From positions 480,001 through 544,000 of the forward strand of contig JBCCHT010000001.1 of assembly GCA_039028615.1 (NCBI GenBank): DNA of 64,000 bases, given 5' to 3'. Source of the DNA: Myxococcota bacterium (GTDB lineage Bacteria; Myxococcota_A; Polyangia; Nannocystales; Nannocystaceae). The first letter of the stretch is position 1. Each line of letters begins with the position of its first letter. This document shows, piece after piece, positions 38,790-49,268 of the stretch. Both the position numbers and the translations under genes were made by a program. The notes beneath the pieces are model-generated. The model made no database searches, was not told the DNA's origin, and worked only from the letters and a program-made list of their open reading frames with translations.

Positions 38790-39860
38790 CTAGGTCACTA
38801 CGATTTGCGCAGAGTTGGTCTCGCATGCCTGCTGCTGCAGATCGGGTGCGGTACGCATGGCCTGCGCTTGAGGATTCCAGTGGTCGAGCTCGAGGCAGGC
38901 CAGCACGTCGCGGGGGGCGAACGAGGTGCGGTGCGGATCCTGGAGCTCTTCGATCGCGGCCATCGCCTCGGGCAGGCGATAAAACGGGATCTTGGAGTTC
39001 AAGTGATGGATGTGGTGGAAGCCGATGTTGGCGGTCAGCCAGCGCATGACCGGGCCCATGACCAAGTAGCTCGAGCCGTGGAGGGCGGCCTCGGTGTAGT
39101 CCCACTCGTCGCGGCTGAAAAAGCGCGTCTCGGGGAAGTTGTGCTGGGCGTAGAAGAGGTAGCTCGAGAAGGCGTGGTTGACGAAGGTCGGCGCAAACAC
39201 GCACAGCGCAGCGAGCAGCGGGCTGGCCAGCAACGACACGACCACGAGCGCGGCGACGTGGAGCACGATGGCGACGGGCCCGACCCAGTGCCGCTTGGGG
39301 GCGCGGCGGAAGGCGGCCAGGCACATGCCGCCGATGCCCACCGTGATGTAGCCGCCCAAGATGCCCAGCCAGTGCCGCGTGCGGCGGTAGGCCTTGCGCG
39401 TGTCGGCGTCGGCGTCCTCGAGCTGCTCGGAGGTCATGACCGGGTAGGAGCCGATCGACGCCCACTCGAGCTTGCCGTTGTTCCAGTGGTGGAAGTTGTG
39501 GGTCTCTTTCCACACCGAGCGCGGGGTCAGCAAGAACACCCCGATGGCCGACATGATCCGACGACCGGCGGGCGACTTGGCGAGCACGGAGCCGTGGTTG
39601 TGGTCGTGGTACAGCGAGAACAGCCGGAACTGCACCAGCCCGGCGAGCACGGCGAGCGCGACCTGCAGCACGAGCCACGGGGCGAGGGCGACACCAGCAA
39701 TGCACGCGCTATAGACCGCGAGGGTCGCGAACAGCTCGGACCAGGACCGCGCGACGTCTTCGTCCTGGAAGGGCTTGGTGGCGAGGATCAACTCGCGGCC
39801 GGTTCGTCGCGCCGACTTCGGGGCGGGGGGCTCGACGGTGGTGGGGGCGTTCATGCTCAT
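38790..39860 (-). CDS. Membrane fatty acid desaturase
   Basis: Three His boxes HDHNH, HNFHH and HHIHH; YAQHNF, IPFYRL. Confidence 0.92.
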   Translation of the reverse strand: MSMNAPTTVEPPAPKSARRTGRELILATKPFQDEDVARSWSELFATLAVYSACIAGVALAPWLVLQVALAVLAGLVQFRLFSLYHDHNHGSVLAKSPAGRRIMSAIGVFLLTPRSVWKETHNFHHWNNGKLEWASIGSYPVMTSEQLEDADADTRKAYRRTRHWLGILGGYITVGIGGMCLAAFRRAPKRHWVGPVAIVLHVAALVVVSLLASPLLAALCVFAPTFVNHAFSSYLFYAQHNFPETRFFSRDEWDYTEAALHGSSYLVMGPVMRWLTANIGFHHIHHLNSKIPFYRLPEAMAAIEELQDPHRTSFAPRDVLACLELDHWNPQAQAMRTAPDLQQQACETNSAQIVVT

Positions 39861-40029
39861 CCGATCGAAAGTCACCGTCGGCGGAGAACCCCCTGACCCA
39901 CTCGGGCACAGGGCGGCTCGCCACGACCGGCGGCTGCTACATCCCCTTATTGAGCGCGGGCCGGATTTGGATTGCTTGTCTCAGCACTTTTTCGACGAAA
40001 TCTCGGGGCTCGATCACACGCTTTTAAAC

Positions 40030-40045
40030 CCTTTGAAATCAAAGG
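40030..40045. promoter_or_regulatory. Perfect inverted repeat, candidate operator upstream of the desaturase
   Basis: CCTTTGA-AA-TCAAAGG in an AT-rich intergenic patch. Confidence 0.45.
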
Positions 40046-40208
40046 CGAATTCTCGCGGCTTGGATGCCGCGCGGAGACCGGGTCGTGGTCGCATCGAGAC
40101 GACGACGTGGAGATCGCCACACGCCCTCGAAACTGCCCCGTCCCTCCGTGAAGTCGGGAATGGGTTCTCCGACAATCGATCGGGACGGACGACGCCCCCC
40201 CGATCGGG

Positions 40209-41552
40209 TCACTGGCGCGGTCGCAGCACGCCCGGCATGCGCCCCGCGGGGCTCAACGTGATCCCCGCTTGCGCCCGCATGCCCCGCGCGGGCACGTCGA
40301 TCCGCACCCGCGGCACGATGGAGGCGAGCATGACCTTGGACTGCATGGCGGCGAAGTGATTGCCGACGCAGGTGCGCGGCCCGAGGCCAAAGGGCGCGAA
40401 CGCGTTCTTCGGTCGCGAGCTCGCGCGCTCGGGGGAGAAGCGCAACGGATCGAAGGTCAGCGGATCGGTCCACGCGCTCGGGTTGCGATGCAGCAGCCAC
40501 GTGGACACCGCGACCATCGTGCCCTTGGGGATGTGATAGCCGCCGAGCTCGTCGTCCTCGAGGGCGATGCGCTCGTTCGTCCAGATCGGCGGAAAGAGGC
40601 GCATGGCCTCGTCGAGCGCCCACCCCGAGTACTTCAGCTGGCCGAGGTGCTCGAAGGTCAGGGCCTCGTCTCCGACGACTTCCTGCACCTCGCGTCGGAT
40701 CCGGCTGGCGACGTTCCAGTGCTGGGCCAGGAGCCCGATGATCCACGTCAGCGCGGTGGCCGACGTCTCGAAGCCCGCGAAGAACAGGTTGAGGATCTGA
40801 TCGCGCAGCGCCTCGTCGTCTTCGGTGGCGTTGTCGTCCTCGTTTTCGGCGGCGACGAGCATGGCCAGGATGTCGTCGCCGCCACCCCCCGCGCGCCGCT
40901 CGGCGATGAGGTCGTAGACCCAGCGATCGATGAGGTCGAGCGAGCGATGAAAACGGCGGTTACGGGGCGTGGGGTAGCGTAGCGGCAGGTTCCAAGGACG
41001 GTCCGCCCGCAGGTTGGAGCGCTCCACCGCGGTGTCCAACGCGGCCCCCAGCTCCCCCCCGAGCTCGTCGCCGCTGACCCCGAACAACGCTCCGCCGACG
41101 ACCCGCCGGGTGAGCACGCTGAGTTCCTCGTAGACGTCGATTTTGGGGTCTGAACGGCTCAGCCAGCCATCGACCACGCGGCGGCTGGTGTCGGCCATCG
41201 CCTCGACCAAGCGGGCCATGCGACGGGGCTGGAACGCGGGTGCGAGCTCTCGCCGTTGCTGCCGCCAGACGTCGCCGTTGGTGGTGATGACGCCCTTGCC
41301 CAGCACGCGCTCGAGCACGGGGTGCTTGGCCGACTTGAAGTAGCCCCGGTAGTTCTTGAGCAACACGTGCTGGATGTCGGCCGGGTTGGCGATGACCACG
41401 TAGGGCAGCCGCCCCGTGTCGTACAGCACGATCTCGCCGTGGCGACGAAACCCGTACTCGAACAAGCGCAACGGATCTCGCTGCATGGCCGCACGAACGG
41501 CCGCCTTGGGCCAGGACAACCGAGGAGGAGGAGTGCTGGAGCGGGCGGGCAT
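40209..41552 (-). CDS. Cytochrome P450
   Basis: AGFETSA (I helix), EAMR (ExxR), FDPLRF, FGLGPRTCVG heme motif. Confidence 0.95.
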   Translation of the reverse strand: MPARSSTPPPRLSWPKAAVRAAMQRDPLRLFEYGFRRHGEIVLYDTGRLPYVVIANPADIQHVLLKNYRGYFKSAKHPVLERVLGKGVITTNGDVWRQQRRELAPAFQPRRMARLVEAMADTSRRVVDGWLSRSDPKIDVYEELSVLTRRVVGGALFGVSGDELGGELGAALDTAVERSNLRADRPWNLPLRYPTPRNRRFHRSLDLIDRWVYDLIAERRAGGGGDDILAMLVAAENEDDNATEDDEALRDQILNLFFAGFETSATALTWIIGLLAQHWNVASRIRREVQEVVGDEALTFEHLGQLKYSGWALDEAMRLFPPIWTNERIALEDDELGGYHIPKGTMVAVSTWLLHRNPSAWTDPLTFDPLRFSPERASSRPKNAFAPFGLGPRTCVGNHFAAMQSKVMLASIVPRVRIDVPARGMRAQAGITLSPAGRMPGVLRPRQ

Positions 41553-41692
41553 GGGGGACGAGCGGAACTCTAGCAGGTGAGCGCCGATGTCGAGCGAGTG
41601 GCCTACTTTGAAAACCCGGATCCGATCGTCGAGCGATGTCGAACGCGGATCGACGTTCGGTCGCCCGGGCCGAGCGATGCTATGTACGAGCC

Positions 41693-42526
41693 ATGAAACT
41701 GCCCTCCAATCCTCGCGCGGTCGTGACGGGAGCAGCCAGCGGCTTCGGCCAGGCGCTCGCCCTGCGCTTGGCGTCGCGTCGGGCTCGACTCGTCCTCGCC
41801 GACATCGACGACGCCGGACTCGAGGCCACCGCCACGCAAGCTCGCGAGGCCGGCAGCGAGGTCCATGTCCTCCACTGCGACGTGCGTGAAGCCGAACAGA
41901 TCGAGGCCCTGGCCGTGTGTGCCGACGCCGAGTACGGCGGCACGGACCTGCTGGTCAACAACGCCGGGGTGGCGGTGGCCGGGCCCGTGGGCGACGTGCC
42001 GCTCGCCGACTGGCGCTGGCAGCTCGAGATCAACCTCTTCGGCGTCATCTATGGCTGCCATGCCTTCGTCCCCCGCATGAAGGCGCAGGGCAGCGGCCAC
42101 ATCCTCAACGTCTCGTCGGCGGCCGGCCTCGTGTGCGGCCCGAAGATGGGCCCCTATAGCGTGTCCAAGGCCGGTGTCATCGCCCTGAGCGAGACCCTCT
42201 ACGGCGAGCTCAAAGACGACGGCATCGGGGTCAGCGTGCTGTGCCCCACCTTCTTCCGCACCAACATCCACCAGGGCTCGCGCTTCTCCGACGACGACCT
42301 GCTGAAGCTGACGACCAAGCTGGTGACCAAGGCCGACTGGAGCGCGGAGCAGATCGTCGACTACACCTTCGAGGCGATCGAGCGGGGCGAACTCATCGTC
42401 ATCCCACAGCCCGACGGTCGGGCGATGTGGCGAGCCAAGCGGCTATTCGGCGCTGGGTTCCACGGCTGGATGAACCGGCTCACGCAGTCCCCCCGGTTGA
42501 TGCGACTGCTGACGAGGGGCCGGTAG
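41693..42526 (+). CDS. SDR-family oxidoreductase
   Basis: TGAASGFG, NNAG, YSVSK. Confidence 0.92.
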   Translation: MKLPSNPRAVVTGAASGFGQALALRLASRRARLVLADIDDAGLEATATQAREAGSEVHVLHCDVREAEQIEALAVCADAEYGGTDLLVNNAGVAVAGPVGDVPLADWRWQLEINLFGVIYGCHAFVPRMKAQGSGHILNVSSAAGLVCGPKMGPYSVSKAGVIALSETLYGELKDDGIGVSVLCPTFFRTNIHQGSRFSDDDLLKLTTKLVTKADWSAEQIVDYTFEAIERGELIVIPQPDGRAMWRAKRLFGAGFHGWMNRLTQSPRLMRLLTRGR

Positions 42527-42529
42527 CCC

Positions 42530-43399
42530 ATGGCCGGCAAGCGACGCTCGGTCGTCATCACCGGGGCCTCCTCGGGCATCGGACGCGCCGCCGCCGAGGC
42601 GCTCATCGCCGAGGGTTTTCACGTGTTCGGGAGCGTGCGCACGCAAGAGGATGCCGAAGCGCTACGCCGCGCCTTGGGCAGCTCGGTGACTCCGCTCCTG
42701 TTCGACGTGACCTCGCGCGAGGGCATCGCCGATGCGGTCACCACCGTACGCGAGGCCATCGGCTCCACCACCTTGAGCGGGCTGGTGAACAACGCGGGCG
42801 TGGCCGTGCCCGGGCCTCTGATGCACCTCGACCTCGACGAGCTCCGCGGACAGTTCGAGATCAACGTCATCGGGCTGCTCGCGGTGACCCAGGCCTTCTT
42901 GCCCTTGCTCGGGGCGAGCCGAAACCCACCCGGGGCGCCGGGTCGGATCGTCAACATCAGCTCGATGAGCGGCCGCATGGTGGTGCCCTTCCTCGGGGCC
43001 TACGCAGCGTCGAAGCACGCGGTCGAGGCCATGTCCGACGCGCTCCGCTGCGAGCTGATGGTCTACGGCATCGACGTCCTGCTGATCGAGCCGGGGTCGA
43101 TCAAGACCTCGATCTGGGACAAGGCCGAGGCCGCCGACCTGTCGCCCTACGACGGCACCGACTACGCCGACATCTTGAAGCGCTTCCGAGCCAACGCGGT
43201 CCAGGCGGGGCGCAACAGCCTCGAGACCAGCCACGTCACCGGGCCCATCGTCGAGGCACTGACCTCCGACAAGCCGCGGACTCGCTATCCACTGCCCAAC
43301 AACGTGTGGATGGGCTGGCGAATCCCGCGGTTGATGCCGGACCGATGGGCGGACCGCATGGTCACCCAGCGGCTCGGGCTGCGTCGCTTCCGTCGCTGA
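42530..43399 (+). CDS. SDR-family oxidoreductase (17beta-HSD/retinol dehydrogenase-like)
   Basis: TGASSGIG, GLVNNAG, YAASK, IEPG. Confidence 0.92.
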   Translation: MAGKRRSVVITGASSGIGRAAAEALIAEGFHVFGSVRTQEDAEALRRALGSSVTPLLFDVTSREGIADAVTTVREAIGSTTLSGLVNNAGVAVPGPLMHLDLDELRGQFEINVIGLLAVTQAFLPLLGASRNPPGAPGRIVNISSMSGRMVVPFLGAYAASKHAVEAMSDALRCELMVYGIDVLLIEPGSIKTSIWDKAEAADLSPYDGTDYADILKRFRANAVQAGRNSLETSHVTGPIVEALTSDKPRTRYPLPNNVWMGWRIPRLMPDRWADRMVTQRLGLRRFRR

Positions 43400-43402
43400 G
43401 GC

Positions 43403-46400
43403 TCAACCCGGGGCATGGCCGACCGAGCGCAGCCACTGCTCGACCTCGGTGAGCGGTGAGCCTTCGCCGCGCTCCATGTCTCGCTCGAGGTAGGTCGCCC
43501 GGGCCGTGCGCGCCAGCTCGAGCGCGCGCCCTCGCTGCTCGGGGTCGGGCCACAGCGCCTCGGCGAGCTTCGCCTGCGCCTCGGCGATGGTCTCCGGCGC
43601 CATCGTGCCCGACTCGCGCAAGCGCAGCGCTCGTTCCAGCGCCTGCCGTGCCCCCGTGGGATCGCCCAGGGCCGTGCGGGCGCAGCCCAGACCGAACAGG
43701 GCGAAGCTCAGGTGCGGGTGGTCGGGTCCGAGGCCCTGCTCGAGGATCGCCAGCGCCCGCGTGTCGTCGTGCGCCGCCCCCTCGTAGTCCTCGAGTTCGA
43801 TCTTCGCCAGCGCCATGTTGCTCAGCGTCATCGCGGTATTGGGATGGTCGTCGCCGAACGAGGCCGACATCCTCTTCAGCGCCACCTCGAAGCGCAGCAG
43901 GGCCTGCTCGGGGCGAAGGGCCCTACGATGGATCTGGGCGATGTTGCCGTCCGCCACCGCGACGCGCGGGTGCTCCTCCCCCATGATGGTGATGAAGATC
44001 GACTGCGCCCGCTCGAGCGAACGAATGGCCTCGTCGAAGCGCCCCAGCTCGGCCAGCACGATGGCGTGGTTGTTGAGCACATCGGCGAGCCCGAGCGAGT
44101 CTTCCTGCTCGTTGGCATCGATGATCTCGAGCGCGCGCTGGTAGTGCTCGGCCGAGGTCTCGTAGTCGCCCAGCTTGCGGTGAGCGATGCCCAGCCTCGA
44201 GTGACACGAGGCCACCTCGGGATGCCGAGGGCCGAACGACTCCTCGAGGATGCGAAGGGAGCGGCCGATCAATGCCAACGCGGACTCGGAGTCGCCCAGC
44301 TCGAGCTGGATGTCGGCGATGCTCTGGAGCGAGGAGACGACCTCCGGGTGGTCCGGGCCCACGACGCCTTCGATCAAGGCCCGCGCGAGCTGGAACTGCT
44401 CCATCGCCTCGGGCAGGTGGTTTTGGTTGCGCAGGGCCCAGGCGAGCTCGCGACGAATCGAGCCGCGCTGCAGATCGCCCAGCTCGTTGTCGGCCGCCAG
44501 CGTGAGCGCTTCCCGAAGCAGGCGCAGCGCCTCGTCGAAGTCGGCCCGCTCGTTCGCCAGCGAAGCCGCCTCTTGCCGCAGACGTACGCCCAGGCGCCCT
44601 CGCTGCGCGCCCAGCCGATCGACGCGGGCGCGGGCCTGGGCCAGCCAGTGCGCTGCGGCTTCAATGCGATGGCGATTGTTGGCCAGGTTGACCCGCGACA
44701 GCGCGACGCGAGCGGCCAGCTCGTCGAGGCCATGCTCCACCGCCAGCGCGTAGGCAGCCTCGAACTCGGCCTCGGCGTCGTCGAAGCGAGCCAGGTGATG
44801 CAGCGCCCGACCGAGCTCGAAGCGCGCCTCCGCGGACAACGGGGCAAAGCCCAGGGTTTGGGCCCGCTCGACGACCCCCGCGGCTCGGGTCCGAGCTTCG
44901 TCGTAGCGGGCGGCATACTGCATGGCTCTGGCGGCCGCGAGCTCGTCCCGCAGCATCGAGACCTCGGCGGCGAGGCCGGGATCGGCCGGCACCGCGCGCT
45001 CCCCCTCCCCGGCGTCCGGGCCCAGGCACGGATCGATCGGAGTCAGCCGACCGGTGGCCGCGATCGCATCGCGCGACACGACGGCGTCGGCGGAACCGAG
45101 CACGTCGACCAAGGCCCGCATCTCCGTGCGGCGCCGCTCGAGGCAATCCATGCTCCGGTCGAAGCCAACGGACGACTCGGCCTGCTCCGTGTTCGCCTGG
45201 CAAGCCTGGGCGTAGCCGTCGTTCCATCGCTGGGCGTAGTCGTCGAGCCGTCGCTCCACCGCATCCGCCGTGGCCTGGGTGTACGACAGATCGAGCCCGC
45301 GCAGCGTGTCGCCGACCGCCGCCCGGCGCTGCTCGTCCCAGACGCCATCGAGTTTGGTCTCGGCATCGGCACAAGGATCATGCGTGGGTCGACGGCTCGC
45401 GACCGCGACCCCGAGACCGACCAGCACGAGGGCCGCGCCCGCGACGGCGAGACCGGCTCCCAGCGGGCGCGCACGCCGAGTCCGGCGAAGCGCGGCGAGC
45501 AGGTCTTCCATCGACGCGAAGCGATCGGCGGGGCGAGGCGCGAGGCCCTGCATCAAGACTCGCGTGAGCGTGGGTGGCCCGACCGGTTGCTTGGGCGGCT
45601 CGGGCAGGGTCGCCTTGGCCGCTCGCAGCTTCGCGTGGTCCCGCCCCTGGAAGGGCCGCTCCCCGTACAGCCCCTCCCACAAGGACACGCAGAACGCATA
45701 CTGATCGGAGCGAGCCTCGGGCACGCCGAAGACGAACTGCTCGGGCGCCATATAGGCCGGGGTACCGAGCACGAGACCGGTCTGGGTGAGGCTGGCCGAG
45801 CCGACGTCGATCGAGGACGAGCTCGATACGAGCTCACGATCCGCGGATGAACGCAGCTCCGGCCCGAAGTCGACCCCGACGGAGCTGGACTCGTCGATGG
45901 GTCGAGCGAGCCCGAAGTCGAGGACGCGCACCCGACCGTCGTCGCCGACCATGACGTTGGCCGGCTTGAAATCGCGATGCACCAGGCCCATGCGATGCGC
46001 GGCCGCCAGCCCCTCGCCCGCGGCCAGGAAGTGCTCCACGACGTCCTGCCAGCGTCGCGACGACGCCCGCAGCCAGCTCGAGAGCGTGCGCCCCTGCACC
46101 ATCTCCATGGCCACGAACACCACGCCCGCGTGCTCGCCCACGTCGTACACGGGCACCACGTTCGGGTGGGACAGCTGGGCCATCGCCCGAGCCTCCCGCA
46201 TCAGCCGTTGCCGGGCGGTGGACTCGAGCGCCCGCTGCAGCAGCTTGATGGCGACCTCGCGCTGGAGCTCGGTGTCGAGCGCCCGCATCACCCAGCCCAT
46301 GCCGCCGCGCCCGAGATTCGCCAGCAGCAGGTATCGCCCCACCGAGTCGCCGATCCCGAACGAAGGCTCGGGCGAGGCGTTCGGCCGCCCGCCCACGGCA

Positions 46401-46528
46401 GAGAGGGTCTGCCCCGCCACGTCCGACGCGATCGCCCCCCCGGCCGCCGACTCGAGGTCTCGCGTCGGCACGTCTTCGCCGCGCTCGGTCTCTCCTACGA
46501 GAGCAGGCATCGGAGACGAGGACGACAT
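43403..46528 (-). CDS. Ser/Thr protein kinase with TM and TPR repeats
   Basis: GRGGMG, VAIK, HRDFKPAN, DFG, GTPAYMAPE; TM; repeated G.DHP TPRs. Confidence 0.95.
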   Translation of the reverse strand: MSSSSPMPALVGETERGEDVPTRDLESAAGGAIASDVAGQTLSAVGGRPNASPEPSFGIGDSVGRYLLLANLGRGGMGWVMRALDTELQREVAIKLLQRALESTARQRLMREARAMAQLSHPNVVPVYDVGEHAGVVFVAMEMVQGRTLSSWLRASSRRWQDVVEHFLAAGEGLAAAHRMGLVHRDFKPANVMVGDDGRVRVLDFGLARPIDESSSVGVDFGPELRSSADRELVSSSSSIDVGSASLTQTGLVLGTPAYMAPEQFVFGVPEARSDQYAFCVSLWEGLYGERPFQGRDHAKLRAAKATLPEPPKQPVGPPTLTRVLMQGLAPRPADRFASMEDLLAALRRTRRARPLGAGLAVAGAALVLVGLGVAVASRRPTHDPCADAETKLDGVWDEQRRAAVGDTLRGLDLSYTQATADAVERRLDDYAQRWNDGYAQACQANTEQAESSVGFDRSMDCLERRRTEMRALVDVLGSADAVVSRDAIAATGRLTPIDPCLGPDAGEGERAVPADPGLAAEVSMLRDELAAARAMQYAARYDEARTRAAGVVERAQTLGFAPLSAEARFELGRALHHLARFDDAEAEFEAAYALAVEHGLDELAARVALSRVNLANNRHRIEAAAHWLAQARARVDRLGAQRGRLGVRLRQEAASLANERADFDEALRLLREALTLAADNELGDLQRGSIRRELAWALRNQNHLPEAMEQFQLARALIEGVVGPDHPEVVSSLQSIADIQLELGDSESALALIGRSLRILEESFGPRHPEVASCHSRLGIAHRKLGDYETSAEHYQRALEIIDANEQEDSLGLADVLNNHAIVLAELGRFDEAIRSLERAQSIFITIMGEEHPRVAVADGNIAQIHRRALRPEQALLRFEVALKRMSASFGDDHPNTAMTLSNMALAKIELEDYEGAAHDDTRALAILEQGLGPDHPHLSFALFGLGCARTALGDPTGARQALERALRLRESGTMAPETIAEAQAKLAEALWPDPEQRGRALELARTARATYLERDMERGEGSPLTEVEQWLRSVGHAPG

Positions 46529-46645
46529 CCCTGTCTCCGAAGATAACGCACCGCGCCGACGACGGGCACGCTCGACCCGGGGGGCCGCTCGTGAGGGAAA
46601 GCGGTCGTCACCGCACGGGACGAAGTACCCGCTACGAAACGAACT

Positions 46646-47974
46646 TCAGAAGCACTGAAGGGCGTTGACCTCGTCGATGTACCAGCCCTGCTCGAAGCCG
46701 CAGCAGTCGTCGAAGGTGTCGTACTCGAAGCGAAGCCGGCCGGGGAACCCCAGGTACTCGGACGAGTCGATCTCGATGTCGTCCCAGTCCGCCTCGCCGC
46801 GCGCGCTGTCTTCGTTCTGGCAAAACGGCAGGTCGGCGTTGGGGCCCGCGTAGCAGTCGACCAGCGCGTTCCAGGTCACCCCGTTGTTGATCGACACCAG
46901 CACGCGCTTGTTGTCGTAGGACTCGTCGCCTCCTTCGTCGACGTGCCAGGAGCGAAAGCGGATCGTCTCCCGGATGACGAAGGGCGTGGAGGTCGCGCGG
47001 GACGTCTCCACCTCGGTGCCCGGATAGGGCGCGACTCGATTGCCGTCGGTGCCGATGACCGCGCCCTGCGTGGCGAACTCCAGCCCTCCCCAGTCCTCGC
47101 TCACCGGAGCGCCAGTGTAGAGGGCCCAGCCGCCGTCCATCTCCCAGCCGTCGATGTGCTCCTCGTCCGAGAAGGTGAGGCGGCAATCGCAGCTATTGGT
47201 GCAGCCGTCGTCCGCGTCCTCGTTGCCGTCGTCGCACTCCTCGGCCTCGAGGTGGCGGATCCCATCGCCACAGCTGGCCATGGTGCAGTCGGTGAGGCAG
47301 TCGTCGCCGTCGACCCCGTTGGCGTCGTCGCACTCCTCGGCGCCCTCCTGGACGAAGCCATCGCCGCAGCTCGCCACGAGGCAGGTGCTCAGGCAGCCGT
47401 CGGTGTCGACGTCGTTGCCGTCGTCGCACGCCTCGCCGACCTGGATCTCTCCGTCGCCACACGTCGCGATCGCGCAGTCGTTACCGCACTCGTCGTCATC
47501 GACGTCGTTGCCGTCGTCGCACGCCTCGCCCGGGCCCACCGCTCCGTCGCCGCAGAACTGCGCCGTGCAATCGGCCTTGCAGATGCCGTCGTCGGAGTTG
47601 TCCGAACCTTGGTCGCACTCTTCTCCCTGATCGATCCATCCGTCACCACAGGTCCCGACCGACAGCACACAGACTCCGTCGTCGCAGCGCAGGCCGGGAT
47701 CACAGGCCCCGCCCAGCGTGCAGTCACAGCCCATCGACCCGACTTCACAGTCCTCGGGATCGATCGGCGGAGGATCGGGCATCGGCGGCTGCGGCCGAGG
47801 ATCGTCTTCTTTTCCGCCCCCGCTCTCGCCCTCGCCCGGCTCCCACGCGGCGGAGGTCCCGAAGGTGCTCTCTCCCGACGCGCAGCCGACCATCGCAAAC
47901 GCCACCACGGCCGCCCACGCCACCCAGGCGTAGCGACCTCGCGTGCGACGGACGGGGCGCCCATCGCCATGCAT
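46646..47974 (-). CDS. Lipoprotein with Myxococcus Cys-rich (DUF4215-like) repeats
   Basis: Lipobox MVGC; five CGDG...E.CD repeats; start could be 48016. Confidence 0.85.
   Translation of the reverse strand: MHGDGRPVRRTRGRYAWVAWAAVVAFAMVGCASGESTFGTSAAWEPGEGESGGGKEDDPRPQPPMPDPPPIDPEDCEVGSMGCDCTLGGACDPGLRCDDGVCVLSVGTCGDGWIDQGEECDQGSDNSDDGICKADCTAQFCGDGAVGPGEACDDGNDVDDDECGNDCAIATCGDGEIQVGEACDDGNDVDTDGCLSTCLVASCGDGFVQEGAEECDDANGVDGDDCLTDCTMASCGDGIRHLEAEECDDGNEDADDGCTNSCDCRLTFSDEEHIDGWEMDGGWALYTGAPVSEDWGGLEFATQGAVIGTDGNRVAPYPGTEVETSRATSTPFVIRETIRFRSWHVDEGGDESYDNKRVLVSINNGVTWNALVDCYAGPNADLPFCQNEDSARGEADWDDIEIDSSEYLGFPGRLRFEYDTFDDCCGFEQGWYIDEVNALQCF
47180..47655 (-). repeat. Intragenic tandem Cys-rich repeats (five units)
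   Basis: CGDGWIDQGEECDQG, CGDGAVGPGEACDDG, CGDGEIQVGEACDDG, CGDGFVQEGAEECDD, CGDGIRHLEAEECDDG; boundaries approximate. Confidence 0.8.
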
Positions 47975-48178
47975 TCCGCAGTGAAGACTCGTGGTCGTCG
48001 AACTCGTCGTACCCATCGTGCGCAACCCACCAATGACGGGAACGAGAGCAGACGACACGCCGACGCCTCTACTCGTCACGATGGACGCACGCGACGCGCC
48101 CTCCGTGAGCCTCCCTCCCATCGAGGAGTCACCCACCGCGGAGGTGAGTATTCGTCCTACCCCCAACTTTTTTCGAGA

Positions 48179-49192
48179 TTACGGGAGCGCGAGCGAATTC
48201 GCGGCGCCAGGGCCCATTTCCTCGAAGATCTCGGGGAGCAGGCACGCCCCGAGCCAGTCGAACTCGGGATCATCTTGGTAGTTCCATACCGGAAAAAACT
48301 CGCAGGTCGTGCCGGGCGTGGCGCACTCGGGCGCCTGCAGATCGCACCACTCGGTGCAGCAGCGCTCGCCGCTGCAGTCGGGCAGCCAATCGGCGGGCGC
48401 GCACAGCTTGCCCTCCCCGCACTGCCCGAAATCACACTCGGCGCCGACCGGCAGATCGGTCTCGGGCGGCACCGACCAGCACTTCATCGAGCCATACAAC
48501 CACGCCGGATAGAAGGTGCACTGCATCCCGTCGGGACACGTGCTCGGCACCAGCGGCTGGCATTCGTAGTGCAGGCACGCGGCGGGAAAATCCGAGCCGT
48601 TCTCCACCGCCAGGTCCGTGCCCGGGTACGCGTCGCAGCCGTAGTCGTCGCCGACGAAGGGGGCACAGAAGCCATGATCGGCGGTGCCGTAGACCTCGAG
48701 GCAATACGACTCGGGCCCGCAATCGTCGGTGATCTCGAAGCCGATTCCGTTGGGGAGGCTGCACGGCTCGAAGGGCTCGCGGTCTCCGGTCACCTCGATG
48801 CACCGCGACCAGTTGCGTCGGCCAAAGCCGGGCCGAAGCTCGGCCCACACGCACTTTTGACCGGCGGGGCAATCCTGGTCGACCACGCTGCACTCGATCG
48901 GCGGCGGGCCACCGTCCGGGTCGCAGATGAAGGGGCACGAGTCGGTCCCTTCGTCCACGGGTCCGCTCTCCATCGCGGCCGCAGTGGAGCCGACGCTGGT
49001 CCCCGTCGCGTTGCCGGCCGATGTCGCGGCGCTCGTGCTCCCGTCCACGCTCGGCGAACCGCTCGTGCTGCCGACGCTCACCTCGCTCGTCGAGCCCCCG
49101 CCGTCGGCGGTCGGAACGACGGCGCGATCCGAGCAGCCGACGAACAGGCCCGCACTCAGCCCGCATGCCGTCAGGACTCTGCGCGAAACCAT
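48179..49192 (-). CDS. Cys-rich lipoprotein
   Basis: Lipobox FVGC, Ser/Thr tether, QDCPAGQKC, CCTEWCD. Confidence 0.8.
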   Translation of the reverse strand: MVSRRVLTACGLSAGLFVGCSDRAVVPTADGGGSTSEVSVGSTSGSPSVDGSTSAATSAGNATGTSVGSTAAAMESGPVDEGTDSCPFICDPDGGPPPIECSVVDQDCPAGQKCVWAELRPGFGRRNWSRCIEVTGDREPFEPCSLPNGIGFEITDDCGPESYCLEVYGTADHGFCAPFVGDDYGCDAYPGTDLAVENGSDFPAACLHYECQPLVPSTCPDGMQCTFYPAWLYGSMKCWSVPPETDLPVGAECDFGQCGEGKLCAPADWLPDCSGERCCTEWCDLQAPECATPGTTCEFFPVWNYQDDPEFDWLGACLLPEIFEEMGPGAANSLALP

Positions 49193-49268
49193 ATTCAATG
49201 CATATCACACAAAACTAACCCTCAACAGGGCTCGAATCGTACGTGCGGGAGGCCTTCCGCGACGCCTC

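Noticed and set aside
43403..46528. Kinase-TPR protein as a novel system
   Set aside because: This architecture is a common, expanded family in myxobacteria, and nothing distinctive was seen here.
47180..47655. Regularly spaced repeats as a possible CRISPR array
   Set aside because: They are degenerate in-frame Cys-rich protein repeats; there are no identical repeats with unique spacers and no cas genes.
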